A stretch of 63,308 bases of DNA, filler included, from Chiloscyllium plagiosum (GCF_004010195.1; 5 parts of one record of this genome joined end to end with filler, not necessarily neighbours in it), one strand, 5' to 3'. Counted from the whole stretch's first letter, positions 1 through 13,500 are shown. The notes: generated by a model from the sequence alone, not told the origin. A program made the numbers and translations.

Positions 1-713
1 CTTGGTTACATGGAATAGGTTCAAGCGCCTGATTGGGCTCTGCCTGCTCCTATTTAACAGCTCGATGTGCTGACCAGACCCAACCTCTTCCTTGGAACAG
101 GCAGGAGAATTGAATGTGTTGTCCCTCTTCTTGATCAGTAATTTCGATGGGCTGAATAGCTTCCAAATATCAGTGCGTAACAAGCTTGAGATGCTGAATG
201 AGCTTCTCTTTTAACTGTGGAAATGTACAGTATCTGTCCGTGCTGTTGTATGAATGTCACAGGCACTTTAACAGCACATGACTGAATTTTGTCCAGGTTT
301 TGCTGCACATGGACACAGATTGGTTCAGGAGCTGAGGGGGTGAGGGGCACATTGTTCTGAACATTGTGTGATCTTCAGTAACCCTCCCAACTTCTGATCT
401 TGTGATGGCGAAAGACATTGATGAAACAGCTGAAGGTGTTTGTGCTAAGGAACTAACCTAAGGATCTCCTGAAGAAATGTCCGGGGACTGAGAAGACTGT
501 CGACCATTGATCTCAAGCATCTTTCTTTGTACTCTGAAAGACCCCAACGAGTCGGGAGGTTACACCTAATTCCCATTCAGCTCAAATATATAGGTTGTCC
601 CGATGACACCCTCAGTCAAATATTGCCTTTATATCGTGGCCATTCACTCTTCCCTGAGCCCCTATGTTCAACTCTTGTTCATATCAATAGGTGACGGTGC
701 ATTTCTTCTCACA

Positions 714-957
714 GAGGATAATAGCTTTAAATTAAGGTTGTGTAGGTATAGGACAGATGTTAGGGGTAGGTTCTTTACTCAGAGAGTGGTGGGGGCATGG
801 AATGCGCTGCCTGTGGGAGTGGTAGAGTCAGAGTCTTTGGTGACCTTTAAGCGGCAATTGGATAGGTACATGGATGGGTGCTTAAGCTAGGACAAATGTT
901 CGGCACAACATCGTGGGCCGAAGGGCCTGTTCTGTGCTGTATTGTTCTATGTTCTAT
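714..957 (+). mobile_element. CR1-type LINE 3' end
   Basis: ORF2 C-terminus [21 protein letters not shown]...[10 protein letters not shown], 3'UTR hairpin gggccgaagggcc and (TTCTATG)n tail. Confidence 0.9.
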
Positions 958-1129
958 GACACAGAACTGCACAAGGACATTGACACTTTGGTAGAGTGGA
1001 CAGATAGGTAGCAGATGAAGTTCATTGTTATGTTTGGTATAAAGAACAAGGAAAGACAGTTTAAAATATCAGGTACAATTCAAAAGGGTGTTCAGCAACA
1101 CTGAGACCTGGGTATATATGTAAAAGGTA

Positions 1130-1315
1130 ATGTTCTCACTAGAGTGAGACAAGGGATGGTAGTTTAACCTGAAGGTCCCCATGCCTCAGGTGAGGAGCAA
1201 GCTTAAGAAGAAGATTCATTCAAGATAACCTCAGCCAGTGGTGGATATTGAACCCAAACTGATGCCATTACCTTGCGTCACAAACTGGGTATCCAGCCAA
1301 CTGCACTAACCAATC
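1130..1315 (-). mobile_element. Old tRNA-derived SINE fragment
   Basis: Minus strand reads tggttagtgcagttgg...gggttcaatatcc (A/B-box-like); family not identified. Confidence 0.45.
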
Positions 1316-1763
1316 TCAATGACATGCCACTGTCTATAACTCCTTCTAAAAGCTTAATCCTAAATTCTTTAGGTAGCTAATGAGATTATCTACTATCTCT
1401 ACTATTTTGGTGTGAATTTTCCAACCTTTGTTAGATTCTGAAATGTTCCTACAGACTGGAAAATAGCAAATGTAATCCTTCAGTTCGTAAGGGAAGGAGT
1501 CAGAAAACAACTTTCGGCAGTCACCTTTACATCTGTTGTGGGGCTGGTGTTAAAATTAACTGTTAAGCAAGTTATAATTAGGCATTTAGTGAACCTCAAC
1601 ATAATCGTGAAGAGCCTGCATTGGTTTTGTGAAAGAGAAAGTCTTTAACCAATTTATGGAAATTCCAAGAAGGAGTAACATTTGTTACGAATAAAGAGGC
1701 ATTTATTGACAGACTCTACTTGGATTTCCAGAAGGTATTTGACAAGGTTTCATTTAATAGATT

Positions 1764-2506
1764 CAAAGTTTGTGAGAAGATTTGTAGCTCAGGTGCTCGT
1801 TGCTGTGGTTCTGTTCGCCGAACTGGAAGTTTTTGTTGCAAACGTTTCGTCCCCTGTCTAGGTGACATCCTCAGTGCTTGGGAGCCTCCTGTGAAGCGCT
1901 TCTGTGGTGTTTCCTCCGGCATTTATAGTGGCCTGTCCCTGCCGCTTCCGGTTGCATGGGATTTTGTACACTACATTAGTTTTGCTCTTGCTGGGCAACA
2001 ACTCACCAGAACGAAGGACCCGATACCCAGCATGAGCAAAACTAATGTAGTGTACAAAATCCCATGCAAGGACTGCACAAAACACTATATAGGACAAACA
2101 GGAAGACAGCTAACGATCCGCATCCACGAACATCAACTAGCCACGAAACGACACGACCAGCTATCCCTAGTAGCCACACACGCAGACGACAAGCAACATG
2201 AATTTGACTGGGACAACACTACCATTATCAGGCAAGCGAAACAAAGAACAGCCAGGGAATTCCTAGAAGCTTGGCACTCATCCACAAACTCCATCAACAA
2301 ACACATTGACCTGGACCCAATACACCGACCACTACAGCGGACAGCTGAAACTGGCAACTGGAAGCGGCAGGGACAGGCCACTATAAATGCCGGAGGAAAC
2401 ACCACAGAAGCGCTTCACAGGAGGCTCCCAAGCACTGAGGATGTCACCTAGACAGGGGACGAAACATTTGCAACAAAAACTTCCAGCTCGGCGAACAGAA
2501 CCACAG
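1764..2506 (+). mobile_element. Penelope-like element: GIY-YIG endonuclease fragment with inverted pseudo-LTR
   Basis: VVYKIPCKDCTKHYIGQTGRQLTIRIHEHQ...AREFLEAWHS. 1801-1950 is the reverse complement of ~2360-2508, and ~1951-1990 of ~2030-2068. Flanked by a 13-nt direct repeat catttaatagatt (1751-1763, 2507-2519). Confidence 0.92.
1838..1877 (-). ncRNA. Minimal type-I hammerhead ribozyme motif in Penelope pLTR
   Basis: gca-CUGAGGA-u-gucaccu(agac)aggggac-GAAAC-GUU-ugc. A second copy on + at 2432-2471 has GUU>AUU. Confidence 0.75.
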
Positions 2507-2769
2507 CATTTAATAGATTATTGCATAGAGGAGAAGGTCATGGTGTATAGGGTAATATATAGGGATTGAAAATTGGCTGGCTTGCAGAAAACAGAGAGCA
2601 TGCATAAATGTTTATTTATTCAGATTGGCAGGATATGATGAATGAGGTTTTTTTAGACAACTGATGTACCCCTCAACCTTTTATAATTTTTATCAGTGGT
2701 TTATATAATTGATTGAAGGTATGGTGGCAACTTTGAGGAAGATCCGAAGATATATAGGAAACCATACTA

Positions 2770-2970
2770 AAAGCAAATAGCTGCAAATACTGCAAATCCA
2801 AAATAATAGTAGAAAGTGCTGGAGAAGCTCAGCAAGTCTGGAAACAACCTTAGAGAGAAAAACAGAGTTGATGTTTTGAGTCCAGTATGACTCCTCTTTG
2901 GACTCAAATTATTAACTCTATTGTTCTGTCTTACCAAAACTGCCAGACCACCTGCATTTCTCCATTACTC
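2770..2970. mobile_element. Old fold-back PLE pLTR-derived repeat
   Basis: Degenerate inverted arms around ...gagtccagtatgactc / ggactcaaattattaactc...; same family as 13030-13135, 9560-9680 and 20495-20590. Confidence 0.5.
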
Positions 2971-4069
2971 TCAGATGTCATTATAGTTAGGAACGTATGT
3001 TGTGAGGGTGACATAACAAGGATGCAGATAGATTAACTGAGTCAGCAAAAATTTGTCAGTTTGAGTACAGTACAGAAAAATGTGAAGTTGTTCACATTGA
3101 TGGGAAGAACATAAAAGCAACATATTATGTAATGTTGCGTATCGTGCTATCACCACCAGTAGGTGGCACAAAGGGCACTCTGGGTTGAATTTTAAGTTTT
3201 TTTTGGCTAAGTCTGAGTTACTTTACGTTTTATGGAGAATTTTCACCATGTGGCCTAATGAGCTGTATCTGACCAAACCACTTCATTATTTACCTACCCT
3301 GCCCCTGCACATGCACATGCAATTTCCATCCCACATGCTATTCCCACAAGAGCTCACTGTGCAATGGAGATCTTGAATTTCAGTGCCATTATTTGTGCCC
3401 GCGCCATATTTAAAAGATCATGGTCTGCCCAGACAAGCACTGCCATTCTGGTACTGCCCTGCATGGATCCCGACATTTTCCCCAGATATGACAGGCAGAG
3501 GAAAATTGGCGCTTCACTTTGAAAGGAGGGTGCTGGAACGCCTGAGTTGGTGGACAGTGGGACTTTGGCTTCCCCTCGATCAGGAGTAGAGGCCATGACA
3601 CCAGGCCATGCCTACCTGCTTTGAAGTTGCCTGTAAGGTTCAATTACTCCGAGCTGTACTGTCGGAAGAATGTCAATGTCCTGCTCCACTCCACCAGGGT
3701 AAGTTCCACTATCTTCTCTCCGATATTTCTCACAGTCAGTCTATCTCTGCTACTGTACCCATCTTCCACCAAACCTCACTCACTACCACTCTCACAATTA
3801 CCTGCAACATCTCCCCTCATTCGCTGTTACTCACTCCAAATTCCAGAACCCTCCTCTGTCTGTCCTCCATGCTGCCTACTCACTCACTCATGATATTCCC
3901 ACCTGCACCAGCAGTTAAAGTTGTGCCAGCCACTTCCATCTCCTGTAATATCAGCCTTGCTCTCATTCCAGCCCACAATAGGTCTGGAATGGTCAAGATG
4001 GGTGGTGTTTTCCTGTCATTCAACTCCTCACCCCTTTGAGCAGAGGACCCTAACTCTGATTACCCCAAG

Positions 4070-4160
4070 TGGGCTCTCTTTTGCCCGAAACGTCGATTTT
4101 GCTGCTCCTTGGATGCTGCCTGAACTGCTGTGCTCTTTCAGCACCACTAATCCAGAATCT
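4070..4160 (+). mobile_element. PLE pLTR fragment (partial hammerhead: stem II + GAAACGTC)
   Basis: gggc...gcccgaaacgtcgatttt...ggatgctgcctgaactgctgtgctctttcagcaccactaatccagaat; reverse complement of the repeat at 58395-58475. Confidence 0.7.
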
Positions 4161-5173
4161 GGACTGGTACAGAAGACAGCCCTTCACATACTGTGCCAGG
4201 AATTGCTAGCAATGGCTATCCCCCCTTGATTTAACAGAGACCTGCTGACAGCTGTCACAAGCTTTCTGGCTTTGTGATGGTGCTGAATGGCACAGCAAGA
4301 CAGACGTGATGTGAATCTGATATCTCTGGCTGAGAGAGCAAAATGCAACATGGCAATTCAAAGCAGAGATGCTGTGAGATAGACTTGGAGTGAGTGCCCG
4401 CATTAATAGCAAGCAAATCGACCGAGAGCCATAGCCTGGTTGTCTCCATGAGCTGAGTGTGTGTCCCTGAACAGTGTCATTGCAGCAACATTGCTGTGAT
4501 AGCTACTGGTGCAGCATGACATGCAGTGTGAGTGTAAATGCATCCTGTAAAGGGATTGGAGATGTACTGTAGAGATTGTAAGAGTCCCAGTCTCTTCACA
4601 AAGGACTTAAAATTGCCGGAATGTATAAGGAATTTGTCTCCTACCTGATTACTGAATGTCTTTATTTTATTGTTTTAAGTTTCAGTGCCACAACTTCAAT
4701 ATGATTACTCCAAAAGGAAACAATTTGGAATTCTGTTCCCCTTGCCCAGTGTTGTCTCCTTACAACCTTCACCCTACCTCACCTCAATACCAAGGAAGGC
4801 TCTACCAAGGAGAAGAGGGGGTCGATGGAAAATCACAGGCCAGAGTGGATGCAGCTCCTGCTCCCCTCTGTCTCCTGCTGCTGGCCCTCGCCAACACCTC
4901 ATCCAGGTTCCACAGATTCCAGCCATCAGCAGTGACCCCAAGCTCCCTGCTCCACGGGCAGAAGAGACCTAGTTCACCATTATCTCACACCATCCCTCCA
5001 GCCCCGACCTCCACAGCCCCCTGCTCTCATGCACCCTCAGTGGGCTCAGCTGTGCATGCACTGCTGACACCTCAGTGGACAGAATTGGTGTGCAGCCCGC
5101 TGCAGCAATTCTCTGCCATTACTGCTCCATGGATAATCTGTGTTCAGCACACAAGTTTGTGTGCACTAACAGT

Positions 5174-5830
5174 TAGAGTCATAGAGATGTACAGCATGGA
5201 AACAGACCCTTTGGTCCAACCCGTCCATGCCGACCAGATATCCCAACCCAATCTAGTTCCACCTGCCAGCACCCGGCCCATATCCCTCCAAATCTTTCCT
5301 ATTCATATACCCATCCAAATGCCTCTTAAATGTTGCAATTGTACCAGCCTCCACCACATCCTCTGGCAGCTAACTCCATACATGTACCACCCTCTGTGTG
5401 AAAAGATTGCCCCTTAGGGCTCTTTTATATCTTTCCCCTCTCACCCTAAACCTATGCCTTCTATTTCTGGACTCCCCGACCCCAGGGAAAAGACTTTGTC
5501 TATTTATCCTATCCATGCCCCTCATAATTTTTTAAACCTCTATAAGGTCATCCCTCAGCCTCCAACACACCAGGGAAAACTTCACCAGCCTGTTCAACCT
5601 CTCCCTATACCTCAAATCCTCCAACCCTGGCAACATCTTTGTAAATCTTTTCTGAACCCTTTCAAGTTTCACAACATCTTTCTGATAGGAAGGAGGCCAG
5701 AATTGCACGCAATATTCCAACAGTGGCCTAACCAATGTCCTGTACAGCCGCAACATGACCTCCCAACTCCTGTACTCAATACTCTGACCAATAAAAGAAA
5801 GCATACCAAACGCCTTCTTCACTCTCCTAT
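5174..5830 (-). mobile_element. CR1 LINE 3' fragment
   Basis: Minus-strand ORF KAFGMLSFIGQSIEYRSWEVMLRLYRTLVRPLLEYCVQFW and ATGACTCT-type tail. Confidence 0.92.
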
Positions 5831-7739
5831 GTTGACAAAGGTCCATATTTACCTCTGAAAACTTTAATGGTGATACAGCTATGTGTATAAATTGTTGAAG
5901 GAGACTTTGAGTTAATGCTATACCCTTTTTCCATTATTAAACATTTTTTTCTTCTGCAATTAAAAGTTACAAGATAATTGAAGGAAACAAGTTTTTGTCA
6001 TGTTGATCTGTGCAAAAGACAGAAGATTTCTGTATTTGTGGCAACACCCTGTTAATGTATTTACTTGTAGCAGGCAATCTGTAGAAATTTCAACAATGCA
6101 CTATACTTGCAGTTTAGCAGCAATGTCAAGGACAACACATTGGATATGGCAGCTTTTTCACTATTATCTTATATCCAATTAATAAAATGTAATATGTTTG
6201 AGCCAAAAACCACAAAAACCAAAGGCTTCTACGTTCCTCCTCCCTTGTTTATTTTTTATGCTAAACATAGTTCTGTTATTTGGCCAAAGAACAAGATGAT
6301 TTATGAAGGGAAACAAAAAGCATTGAAAGCCATTTGAAAAGTCTCTGGTAGTTCCTTTTTAATGACCACATAAAATCACAACCAGGAACAGTTTTTATAG
6401 TGATTGCAGCATTATGAAAGTAATCACATCCTTTTCATTAATGAAGTAGTCGAACTACAGACAATTGCAGCCATGTGGTGCAGTAGTACTAATACAGCAT
6501 TGATGTCAATGTCAAGAGTGCATCCAATAAAATCACAACATAGCCACTGCTCAGGGTGTAATAATGAAGACCAGCTCCAAGGAAGTTCTATAATGAGTGC
6601 GCTACTAATACAGGACACATTTTTCAATTATTTAATCACTGTTATGTGATCGCTTTTTGAAATAGCTAAATGGTTCTCTATTTCAATATAAAAAACACAA
6701 AATGTAAGTTTAAAGTTAAGCCAGTTAACTGCTTTTAGTGCAGACAATTGTGTGCCTGAATTCCAAGTGATGATTTTGATGGGCAGCATGCCTTACCAGG
6801 AACATCCCTTTAAAATGGGCAAGATGTGTGGCTGCTGTTATGTTGACTTCTTGGCTTAATTCCAAGTGAATGTGCCAGCAAATTATTTGTGATCTTTGTT
6901 GCCAACTTCCCATTATCCAATGTAACTCTAGGATTTTCCACCAGGCATGAAAGGAGATCAACAATGCCTCCATTCAAATACGGCGGTAATTCTATAATGT
7001 TATGCAAATGATGAGAATAAATTTGCCAGTACATTTTATGTTGTTTGAACCATAGTGGTGCTGGTTGCTTTGAAAGGATGTGCATTCCATGTTTGCTACG
7101 GTGATGGAAAGAATTTTTAAATTACTGTCTGCCTCAGTGTATAAGCACATAGACAAAGACAGGGAGAGCTGATCCTTTGTCTAGGGTACATAAGGATTGG
7201 GAAGGCATGAATGGGGCTGTTTCTGGCTTTGCCAACCCAAACCTGACTCCCAGAGATATGAGTGGGCAAGGATTGATTTGGAAACCCTCCCTCCGCTGCC
7301 CTGAACAGAGTCAGAGAAGTGGGAATGCTAAGGCAGGCTGCTGGGAAGTCTGCAATCAGGGGGCTCACCCAAATCTCCATATTATTTCTTTGTCCCCTAA
7401 ACTTAACCTTCATCCTCTTCCATTGCCAGTTGTCCCTCATGCCCCCATTATATCACACCAGTACCACCATTTCCAATGGTCCCTCTATACTTATGCATAT
7501 CTCATGCCCCTAGTTATATTGGGACACTCCTCCTAACCCAGATGAATTTGAGTTCATCGCATTTGAACAGCACACTCCTTCCCCAATACTGCCAATGCCC
7601 CAGGAAGAAAATCTTTACCACTCATTAAGCCCCTTGTATAATTGTTCCAGACTATGCTAATTCATGCCTAATTTTGAGGTTCTGAGTTTTAATTTGGACC
7701 CGAACTCCTCTGACTCTTTCAGCAGATCATTCTTTCTAT

Positions 7740-8690
7740 TCTAGGATAGGATGGGGGAATTTCAAGACTAATGGGCATATTTTTAAGATGAGAGAAGAGA
7801 GATTTAAAAAAGAGATGGGGGGCAAATTTTCTTACACTGAGAGCCGTTCTTGTGTGGAATGAACTTCCCGAGGAAGTAGTGGAGGTGGCAGGTGTGGCTA
7901 GTTTAGTTTGGGATTATAGTCAGCGTGGACTGATTGGGCCAAAGTCATAGTGTCATAGAGATGTACAGCACGGAAACAAATCCTTCGGTCCAACTTGTCC
8001 ATGGCGACCAAATATCCTAAGTTGATCTAGTTCCAGTTGTCAGCATTCAGCCCATATTCATTTAAACCCTTCTTACTCATGTAACTCAAGATGCCTTCTA
8101 AATGTTTAATTGTATCACCCTCTACCACTTCCTCTGGCAGCTCATTCCATACATGCACTGCCCTCTGGATGAAAAAGTTGACCTTTAGGTTGCTTTTAAA
8201 TCTATCTCCTCTCACCTTAAACCTATACCCTCTAGCTTTGGACTCCCCCACCTGAGAAAAAGACCTTGACTATTCACCCTATCCATGCCCCTCATGATTT
8301 TTTCAACCTCGCTAAGGTCAGTCTTCCACCTCTGACAGTCCAGTGGAAAACAGCCCCAGCCTAGTCAGCTTCTCTCCATAGCTCAAACTCTCCAATCCTG
8401 GCAACATCCTTGACAATCCTTTCTGAACCCTTTCACATTTAACAACATCTTTCCTATAGCAGGGAGACCAGAACTGAACACTGTATTCCAAAAATGGCCT
8501 CATCAATGTCTTGTACAACCACATCAAACATCCCATCTCCTATACTTAATGTTCTAGCCAATGAAGACATGTGTGCCAAATGCCTTCTTCACCACCCTAC
8601 ATGCGACTCTTTCAAGGAACTACATATCTGCACTCCCATGTCTCTTTGTTCAGCAACACACCCCAAAGCCCTTATATGAAAGTGTTACAA
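7740..8690. mobile_element. Two tail-to-tail CR1 3' fragments (+ 7740-7940; - 7945-8690)
   Basis: RGYRFKVRGDRFK...VWNELPEEVVE and LYKTLMRPFLEYSVQFWSP motifs. Confidence 0.85.
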
Positions 8691-9059
8691 AAGTAATCAT
8701 TTGTTTCAAATGACACACAGACTTAAATAGTATGACATCCTGAGTAACCTTGTGAGGTTTGTAACGTTTATACTGAGGATGGAGCTTAACACAATTGTGA
8801 CAGTATATTGATTTACAGTGACTTTTTCATCATTATTGCTAGAAACTGGTTCAATGAGTTAAATGGTCAGATTTTCTCATCCATAATTTTTACTTATTTT
8901 TTTTGTATGATACAGATTCTCAGATATGGGAAATTAATGTTGCATTCCTAGGATCCAGTGTTTTATCTGGTAGTTCCTTTATCGTTCACTTCACTTCCAC
9001 ACCACCGATTAATAAAGGCAACAGTATGTACCACTGAGAAGACACCTCATTTCAATGCC

Positions 9060-9362
9060 AACACCTTCCAAACCCACCACTTTAACCACCTAGAAGGATG
9101 AGGGCAGCTGGCACATGGGAACTTGAAAGCTCCCCCTTCAAACTACCCATTATCCTCACTTGAATATATCTCAACATTTCTTCAGTGTCACTGGGACAAA
9201 ATCCTGAGGCTCCCACTCTAACAGCACTGTGGGTATGCTTATGCCCCAAGGATTGCAACAGTTAGAGATATCAGCTCACCAGTACCTTCTTAAAGACAAT
9301 TACTCTTAAGTAATAAGTGCTGGCCATACCAGCAATACCTACATACCCTGAATAAATAAAAG
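9060..9362 (+). mobile_element. Old non-LTR retrotransposon 3' end (KSWNSL...FKKAAHHHL family)
   Basis: Homologous to 16680-17000 (+), 23860-24185 (-) and 11820-11890 (-); ends in aataaataaa. Confidence 0.6.
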
Positions 9363-9870
9363 AAAGTTCCTTACTCTTAACCAAGTTACTAAAATTAGGT
9401 GCAAAATAGAAGTTGGTTTATTCATTACTGCAGCAAGGTAAAGCTTTGGTTTGAGTGTCCAACAGGCATTCTCACTCACCAGGTATAAAAATGTGATAGT
9501 TAAAGTTCCATCTTATGGAAATCTGAGTTTAGTTTTCTCACTGCCTTCAGGAACCATACTCTAAATCAGAGTCAAAATGGTCTTGAAATGTTAACTCTGT
9601 TTCTGTCTCCAAAGACCCTGCCAGAAATGCTTCAATTTCCCAGTACTTTCGGCTTTTATTTCAGATTTCCAGCAGTATTTCACTTTTATTCTCCCAGGTG
9701 TCTTTTGGGTCTAGAAATCTTAAATTGTGTCAAAAGATGACAAAAATGGAGAAGGGGCAGAAAAGTGAATTGTAAAACTGCATTGAATTTTTTGTGTTAG
9801 ATATCACAGTGATGTTACTGGAAGGCAATGGAGTTGTGATATTTTACTTTTACTGACCAGCAAATCCTAA

Positions 9871-10077
<207 letters not shown>

Positions 10078-10891
10078 TAGCAACATACAGCGATTGCTGA
10101 TGTAAGAATTTGATAAATACCCTTCAAATCGTAGTGTTGCATTATAGTGAGCTTTGCACCGAATAATGTTTTATTTCAACCCTGCAATCGTCAGTCCTCT
10201 CAGTACAATTTGCAGTTCATTGCCATGTCAGCAGTCAGAATTCCAAAGAGGGCTCCTCGTTTATGAAGGAATAAGGAGTTTTCTAAGCATCCAATATGAA
10301 ATATGGAACTAATTTCATTCTGCAAGTGCACTGCCCTCACATTTTAAAAACTCAAAGAAAAGCGGCAGAGGGGTTTCAAGAAGCAGGCTCTCCATATCTT
10401 CATTAAGAATCCTTACACATGTTTAAGGCCCCACTGTAAAATTGACTATCTAAACACTGTCGGCTCCAGAGCTTACAGAGACTGCTCCAAGTAAGATTTA
10501 AAAACAAAATTATCTGAGTGTAAAGCTGTGAAATATAGGAGTTGATATCCTGTTTCCATATTAAAATCAAAGGCTATTGACAGCCAACATTCATCCTCTA
10601 CTCCAGCCCGCACCCTTTCTACCTTAATTGCTGCTCTCCTGTTGCCCAATTCTGTTTCTCAATCACCATCTCACTCCCTCCCATGATCACAGCTTCAGTA
10701 CCTCTCCACGTTACTGCCTCACTCCTTTTCCATCACTCCATCGTACTCTCTCCTGATCACCATTTCAGAACTAATTCTCTCAGTCGATGCCTCATTTCCT
10801 CAGTCATCACCCTACTTCCTCTCAGTCACTGTCTCACTCCCTCTCAGTCGCTACCTTACTCCCTCGCAGTCACTGCCACACTCCCTTTGTG

Positions 10892-11211
10892 GGTGGCACA
10901 GTGGCACAGTGGTAAGCACTGCTGCCTCACAGCGCCAGAGACCAAGGTTCAATTTCCGCCACCGGCGACTCTCCATGTGGAGCTTGCACATTCTCCCTGT
11001 GTCTGCGTGGGTTTCCTTCAGGTGCTCCGGTTTCCTCCCACAGTCGAAAAATGTGCAGGTTAAGTGAATTAGCCAAGTTAAATTGCCCGTAGTGTTAGAT
11101 GAAGGGGTAAATGTAGGGGAATAGGTCTGGGTGGGTTGCGCTTTGGCGTGTTGGTGTGGACTTGTTGGGCCGAAGGGCCTGTTTCCACACTGTAAGTAAT
11201 CTAATCTAATC
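10892..11211 (+). mobile_element. HE1-like V-SINE, near full length
   Basis: tRNA-like head (tggcacagtgg, ggttcaatttcc), V-domain gtggagcttgcacattctccc...gtgctccggtttcctcccac, LINE-like tail and (TAATC)n. Confidence 0.88.
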
Positions 11212-11380
11212 TTTTGCCTCGACATGGTGCATATCCCTCTATCCCCTGCCTATTCATATATTTGTCAAGATGCCTCTTAAACATTGCTATTGTATCTGTT
11301 CCTAATACCTGCTCTGGCAGCACATTCCAGGCACTTATTACCCCTCTGTGTAAGCAACTTGCCCCTCCCATCTCCTTTAT

Positions 11381-11480
11381 NNNNNNNNNNNNNNNNNNNN
11401 NNNNNNNNNNNNNNNNNNNNNNNNTTAATTAATTAANNNNNNNNNNNNNNNNNNNNNNNNNNNNNNNNNNNNNNNNNNNN
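11381..11480. other. Artificial contig-joining spacer N44-TTAATTAATTAA-N44
   Basis: Exactly 100 nt; the palindromic 12-mer gives stops in all six frames; identical at four sites. Confidence 0.98.
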
Positions 11481-11708
11481 GACCTAAGGGGCAACTTTTT
11501 CACACAGAGGGTGGTATATGTATGGAATGAGCTGCCAGAGGATGTGGTGGAGGCTGGTACAATTGGAAGATTTAAGAGGCATTTGGATGGGTATTTGAAT
11601 AGGAAGGGTTTGGAGGGATATGGGCCAGGTGCTGGCAGGTAGGACTAGATTGGCATGGACGGGTTGGACCGAAGGGTCTGTTTCCATGCTGTACATCTCT
11701 ATGACTCT
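11481..11708 (+). mobile_element. CR1 LINE 3' end
   Basis: DLRGNFFTQRVVYVWNELPEDVVEAGT...; same family as 34090-34348. Confidence 0.9.
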
Positions 11709-12229
11709 AAAAGGAAACTGAACCAGAATCTTAGGAAGCTGAAGTTCAGAGGAAATGTGACACACTTTCAGAAATACACAAGACTCTGATTTACATATTC
11801 ATGCAGCTTCCTTTTTAACAATGTATTCTTCCACAGTAGGGGTTGCATTCATTGCATATCCCTCAGTGCCCTTGAACTGAGAGGCTTGCTTGGTCTTTCA
11901 GAGGTCAGTGAAGAAACAACGACAGTACGTGGATGTGGATCTGGTGTCACACGTGGGCCTGACCAGGTAAGTATGGGCAATATCATGTCTGAAAAACATG
12001 AGAGAATCAGATGGATTCTTAACACATTTGACAATACTTCCATGGCCGCTATTATGGACAGCAGCTTTCTATTCTGAGTTTCTCTAGCAATTTCTGTTCT
12101 TGTTTCAGATTTCCAGCTTCCACAATTCTTTGGTTTACTGCATTTTGCACACCTTTTCACCCTTTCATTAAAGCGATCCTGAAAGTTGTGACATGTATTT
12201 TCAAAAAACAAAATACTATTCATACTTAC

Positions 12230-12334
12230 TACACTAAGATTTTGTTAGTTTTTCTTAACTCTCTGTATTTCTGGAGAATCAGCTACAGCTGTGCACATAC
12301 TTAGCATCTTTTCTGCTTCATCTTTGTATTTTTT
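12230..12334 (-). pseudogene. NEBL: Nebulette-specific exon with in-frame TAA
   Basis: cccacag|KKYKDEAEKMLSMCTAVADSPEIQRVKKN*QNLSV|gtaagt, 105 nt. TAA at 12247-12245 where CAA (Q) is expected. Recalled human RKYKDEAEKMLSNYSTIADTPEIQRIKTTQQNISA. Confidence 0.9.
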
Positions 12335-12813
12335 CTGTGGGATAATCAAATTATGATTATACGTTAATTTCAGAACTATTAAAGGTGCATATCTAAATCT
12401 TTACTATTGCTGTACATTCATTAACTGATGATTTGCAATGCATTTTTCTGCTTTTTTTTATTACTGTAAAGACTGGCTTCAAAGCTTTTGACACCAATGA
12501 TGTTCTATGATGAATGACAACTGTGCATGCCTACTTTTAATTTAAACAAACTGCATGAGCAAAAAAAAAACAGCTTTGTTTTAAAATAAAAGATCTTGGA
12601 AATCTACTTTGCTTAACCCTTTTTTCTATTTACTGATATATTCTTTCATTTAACTTTCTTTTCCATTCTTACATTTTAAGGTTTTTAATCATTCTTTATT
12701 TAAATCTTTTTGAAATATTTCAAAGCTATTGTGCATGCTTCTGGATATTGCTAAACATGATCTACAAACTAGTTCTCGACTTTCAATCAGAATTCATACT
12801 GGCTGCTACTCAC

Positions 12814-12918
12814 CTGGCTGTAAATATCTTTTACATAAGCAGCATGCACCAACTCCGATGTATCTGCAATGGTAGCATACTTGTTTTGTCCCAAGTTCAA
12901 CACTTGCTTATACATTGC
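12814..12918 (-). pseudogene. NEBL: Nebulin-repeat exon (frame and splice sites intact, within decayed cassette)
   Basis: tttttattgcag|AMYKQVLNLGQNKYATIADTSELVHAAYVKDIYSQ|gtgagt, 105 nt, phase 0. Confidence 0.82.
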
Positions 12919-13239
12919 CTGCAATAAAAATCAATTATAGCTGACTAAATTAGAACAGAGAATCCAATATTTTAATCTTAATTTCATACTGTGCCTGACA
13001 CATTTGTAGTCAATTAGTTATGTCGTGCATTAAAAGAACCAGAAGGTGCTGGAGAAACTTAGAAGGTCTGACAGCATCTGTGGAGAAAGAATCAGAGTTA
13101 ACCTTTCCAGTCCAATACAACTCTTCTTCAGAACGTTGGAACATTATAAAATCATTGTACATTAGGCAGATAAAGATATCCACAATTTGTGCACTACAAG
13201 GTTCCACAGGTGCCTTGTGCACTACAAGGTTCCACAGGT

Positions 13240-13500
13240 AGTTATGTGATCAAAGATGCATTTGTTTTAATGATTTTAGAGGAAATTTTGGGCAACACAG
13301 GTACTTTGTTGTTCGAATAGTGCTGTAGGACCTGATATGTCTCCTGAACAGGCAAGAAGGACATCAATTCAACACTTCATCTGAACAATGGCACCTCAGA
13401 CAACATAGAAGGTCCTCATTGCTTTACCAAGTACCAGATAAAGGTACACACTCAAGTCTCCAGAGTAGACAAAGAACCCACAATTCGATGTTTCAGAATA
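13240..13500 (-). mobile_element. Degraded SacSINE1/DeuSINE-like element
   Basis: Contains catctgaacaatggcacctcagacaac and ctcaagtctccagagt, matching the Deu-domain core; homologous to 41247-41652. Confidence 0.55.

Larger units (their letters stand above)
1330..2760 (+). mobile_element. Degraded CR1 ORF2 (RT region), interrupted by a Penelope insertion
   Basis: Remnant motifs DWKIANVI and LDFQKVFDKV; reading resumes after the insertion at ~2520. Confidence 0.75.

Noticed and set aside
1720..2451. 243-aa ORF as a host gene
   Set aside because: Chance read-through of CR1 remnant, inverted pLTR and Penelope endonuclease.
4656..5417. 253-aa ORF
   Set aside because: Low-complexity P/S-rich start running into antisense CR1 sequence; no domain.
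10892..10965. tRNA-like A/B boxes
   Set aside because: SINE head, not a tRNA gene.
11425..11436. Palindrome TTAATTAATTAA recurring four times (also 26402, 40254, 58569)
   Set aside because: Always centred in exactly 44+44 Ns; an assembly linker, not biology.
13187..13239. 25-nt direct repeat ttgtgcactacaaggttccacaggt x2
   Set aside because: Simple local tandem duplication inside an old SINE.
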